Origin: an uncultured Eubacteriales bacterium
GTDB lineage: Bacteria; Bacillota; Clostridia; Oscillospirales; CAG-382
Reading direction: 5' to 3'
Length of the DNA stretch: 28,529 nt
Assembly: GCA_900546385.1 (NCBI GenBank)
Contig: URCT01000020.1
Location: 1-28,529 of the forward strand
The notes beneath the pieces were generated by a model. The model saw only the letters and a program-made list of their open reading frames with translations. It was not told where the DNA came from and made no database searches. The translations under genes were made by a program, and so were the position numbers. Of the stretch, positions 26,136 through 28,529 are shown in pieces; positions within the stretch are counted from its first letter, which is position 1; every line of letters begins with the position of its first letter.

Positions 26136-27404
26136 ATGACCGTTATCGAGCTGTTTGATCATTCACCGCTGCAAAATCTGTCCGGCGCACTGAATTTTCC
26201 GGCCGATCGGGTAATTTTTGTCGGCACCAACCGCCGAAAGCTGGAAGCGCACCTTGCCGTCTATCAGGCACTTCTTGCCCGGTTTCGCCCGACAGCGCAT
26301 ATCGACCTTGCGCCTGTGCCGAAATACGATCTGTCCGCCGTCGTCGCGCTCCTTTGCCGCATTGCCGAGACCGACAAGTCCGTCATTTTCGACGTTTCCG
26401 GCGGTGACGACTACATTCTTGCCGCGGCAGGCGTTGCCTATGAAAAATGCCGTGAAAAAGGGTTTGACGTGCGTCTGTCGCATTTCAGTGTGCGTTCGGG
26501 CCGCTTTGCCGGACTTGACCGTATAAAAGCCTTTTCCGAAACACGCATTGAGCTGACCTGCGATGAGGTGATTTCACTGCACGGCGGCGCAATCGTCTAT
26601 GCCGAGCAAAAGAAAAACGGCACGATGCGCTGGGATTTTTCCGACCGCGGCTTCGGCGCGGATGTGTTGACGCTGTGGCAGCTCTGCCGTGCCGACTGTC
26701 GGGATTGGAACCGCAAGGGCGCGATGATGGGCGAATGGGAGGGCTTGTGCGATGCCCGGCTTCGTGACCCGAAGACCGTGCCGAGCGACGTGGCCGTTTC
26801 CTACGACCGCTTGCGCGAAAGCGGAAAGCGATACTTGGCAAACGCACTTCTTCCGCACCTAAAGGTGCTTGCTTCACATGGATTCATCGAAAATCTGCAA
26901 AATACCGAAGAGGCATTGTCGTTTTCGTACAAAAGCCGCCAGATCCGTGCCTTGTTGGTAAAAGCCGGCACGGTTTTGGAGCTTGTCACCTATCTTGCCG
27001 CCAAAAATGTCAAAACCGCCGCCGGACGCTATCTCTACAACGATGCCCGCACCGGCGTGGTGCTCGATTGGGACGGCAACATCCACGCCGACAATCCCTC
27101 CTTTCCGGACACCGAAAACGAGATTGACGTGCTTCTTGTGCGCGGCATGATTCCCGTGTTTATCTCCTGCAAAAACGGCTCGACCGATGAAAACGAATTG
27201 TACAAGCTTTCCGCCGTCGCCGAGCATTTCGGTGCAAAATTTGCACATAAGGCACTCATCGCCACCGATTTGCAAAAAAACTATACCTCTCTTGCCCGTT
27301 TCACCGACCGTGCGCGTGAAATGGGCATCACCGTCATCGACGGCGTACACAAAATGACCGCGAGCGAATTCTGCCGTCAAATCGGCTCGCTTGCCGCAAG
27401 GTAG
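26136..27404 (+). CDS. CARF-like plus PD-(D/E)xK nuclease-fold protein (Card1/Can2-like, DUF1887-type)
   Basis: The N-terminal Rossmann-like region has VIFVGTN and FDVSGGDDYIL (compare CARF DxTGGTK). The C-terminal region has GTVLELVTYL (E282), NEIDVLLV (D331) and VFISCKNG (S344, K346), followed by ELYKL...HKALIAT, which is the restriction-endonuclease-like pattern of Card1-type domains. AAGGAGG sits upstream of the ATG, 23 nt after the polC stop. Confidence 0.55.
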   Translation: MTVIELFDHSPLQNLSGALNFPADRVIFVGTNRRKLEAHLAVYQALLARFRPTAHIDLAPVPKYDLSAVVALLCRIAETDKSVIFDVSGGDDYILAAAGVAYEKCREKGFDVRLSHFSVRSGRFAGLDRIKAFSETRIELTCDEVISLHGGAIVYAEQKKNGTMRWDFSDRGFGADVLTLWQLCRADCRDWNRKGAMMGEWEGLCDARLRDPKTVPSDVAVSYDRLRESGKRYLANALLPHLKVLASHGFIENLQNTEEALSFSYKSRQIRALLVKAGTVLELVTYLAAKNVKTAAGRYLYNDARTGVVLDWDGNIHADNPSFPDTENEIDVLLVRGMIPVFISCKNGSTDENELYKLSAVAEHFGAKFAHKALIATDLQKNYTSLARFTDRAREMGITVIDGVHKMTASEFCRQIGSLAAR

Positions 27405-27411
27405 GATACCC

Positions 27412-28089
27412 ATGGAACTGCTTCTGTTACACAACGAAAAAAACTATGTCGTCGCCGTCAAACCGCGCGGCGTTCTGTCGCAATGCGCGTCAAGCGTCAC
27501 CGGAAACGTGCCGGACATGGTGAAGCTGCTGTCCGAGAGACTGCAAGCGGACATTTTTCCGGTGCACCGGCTCGACCGCGAAACAGCCGGCGTGATGGTT
27601 TACGCCAAAAACAAGCGTGCCGCGGCGGCTTTTTCCGCGCTTGCCGCCCAAAACGGCCTTGACAAGCGGTATCTTGCCGCCGTAACGGGAAAACCCGAAC
27701 CGCCGTCCGGCGAAATGCGCGACTTTTTATACCACGACGTGCGCAAAAACAAAAGCTATGTGGTCTCGCGCAAGCGTGCCGGTGTCAAAGAGGCGCTTCT
27801 CGATTACGCGCTTCTCGACACGCGAATGTATGCCGAAAGCCTTATTTCGCTTGTACGCATTCATCTGCACACCGGACGCACCCATCAGATCCGCGTGCAC
27901 ATGGCAAGCATTGGTCATCCGCTGCTTGGCGACACGCTGTATTCCAGCGGAAAGAGTCCCTACAAGCTGCAGGGGCAGACGCTTCATGCCATGACGATCG
28001 GCTTCATTCATCCGAGAACCAGAGAGTACATGGAGGTTACGGCGCCTCTTCCAGAATATTTTGAAAAAATTCTAAAAGATTTGCGATAA
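27412..28089 (+). CDS. RluA-family pseudouridine synthase (no S4 domain)
   Basis: Catalytic motif HRLDRETAGV, plus HTGRTHQIRVHM and GDTLY. The start is ATG 27412, or the overlapping TTG at 27391. Confidence 0.88.
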   Translation: MELLLLHNEKNYVVAVKPRGVLSQCASSVTGNVPDMVKLLSERLQADIFPVHRLDRETAGVMVYAKNKRAAAAFSALAAQNGLDKRYLAAVTGKPEPPSGEMRDFLYHDVRKNKSYVVSRKRAGVKEALLDYALLDTRMYAESLISLVRIHLHTGRTHQIRVHMASIGHPLLGDTLYSSGKSPYKLQGQTLHAMTIGFIHPRTREYMEVTAPLPEYFEKILKDLR

Positions 28090-28166
28090 TTTCAAAAAAT
28101 AATTCCGTTTTTCAAAAAAATGTATTATAATATATTCATAGAATGTTAGGAAAGGCGGGATCTTTT

Positions 28167-28529
28167 ATGGGCAACAAAATCTATACCATTGGTCGTGAAT
28201 TTGGCAGCGGGGGAAGAGAAATCGGCGAAAAGCTTGCGGAACGTCTTGGAATTAAGCTCTACGACAAAGAATTGTTACAGCAGGCGGCAAAGGAAAGCGG
28301 TTTCTGCGAGGAGATTTTCGAGAATCATGATGAGAAACCGACCAGCAGCTTTTTGTATTCCCTGGTCATGGATACATATTCGCTGAACGGCTATCATTCG
28401 GCACCGTTTCTCGATATGCCTTTAAACCACAAAGTGTTCCTGGCGCAGTTTGATACCATCAAAAAGATTGCAGAGCGGGAATCCTGCGTGATTGTCGGAA
28501 GATGCGCCGATTACGCATTATCGGACAAT
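28167..28529 (+). CDS. Cytidylate kinase-like family protein (3' end beyond the window)
   Basis: My own translation from ATG 28167 is open to the window end: MGNKIYTIGREFGSGGREIGEKLAERLGIKLYDKELL...VIVGRCADYALSDN. The GxxGSGG P-loop-like N-terminus is typical of this family. AGGAAAGG lies upstream. Confidence 0.7.
   Translation, partial: MGNKIYTIGREFGSGGREIGEKLAERLGIKLYDKELLQQAAKESGFCEEIFENHDEKPTSSFLYSLVMDTYSLNGYHSAPFLDMPLNHKVFLAQFDTIKKIAERESCVIVGRCADYALSDN

Noticed and set aside
26136-28529. Treating the CARF-nuclease-like gene, the RluA-family synthase and the cytidylate-kinase-like gene as one novel three-gene defence module
   Set aside because: The link rests on adjacency only. The RluA and kinase-like families are common housekeeping genes, and a separate AT-rich promoter-like region (28090-28166) precedes the kinase-like gene. 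It is worth a synteny check but is not a supported system.

Overview
This is a chromosomal housekeeping segment from a Firmicutes/Clostridia-type genome. The placement rests on a PolC-type replicase, rseP-ispG-polC synteny and a DUF512-der pair. All 20 protein-coding genes I can support lie on the + strand: DUF512 protein, der, pstSCAB, murI, a DUF1934-like protein, an S41 peptidase, gyrA, a short Sfp-like PPTase, a beta-helix protein, a SAM methyltransferase, mltG, a U32 peptidase, rseP, ispG, polC, a CARF/PD-(D/E)xK (Card1/Can2-like, DUF1887-type) protein, an RluA-family pseudouridine synthase and a 3'-truncated cytidylate-kinase-like gene. Three observations stand out. (1) The first ~1 kb is non-coding and highly structured. 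It holds two divergently oriented ~250-nt homologous elements with conserved blocks and one compensatory base-pair change in their terminal hairpins, then two tandem ~80-bp hairpin units, then six back-to-back short stem-loops. (2) An orphan Card1/Can2-like gene sits immediately after polC, with no CRISPR-Cas or cyclase gene in the window and an apparent Ser in place of the (D/E) of the (D/E)xK motif. (3) The PstS protein looks circularly permuted relative to the canonical family order. All family calls come from reading motifs in the supplied translations. No database search was run, so novelty claims are provisional.
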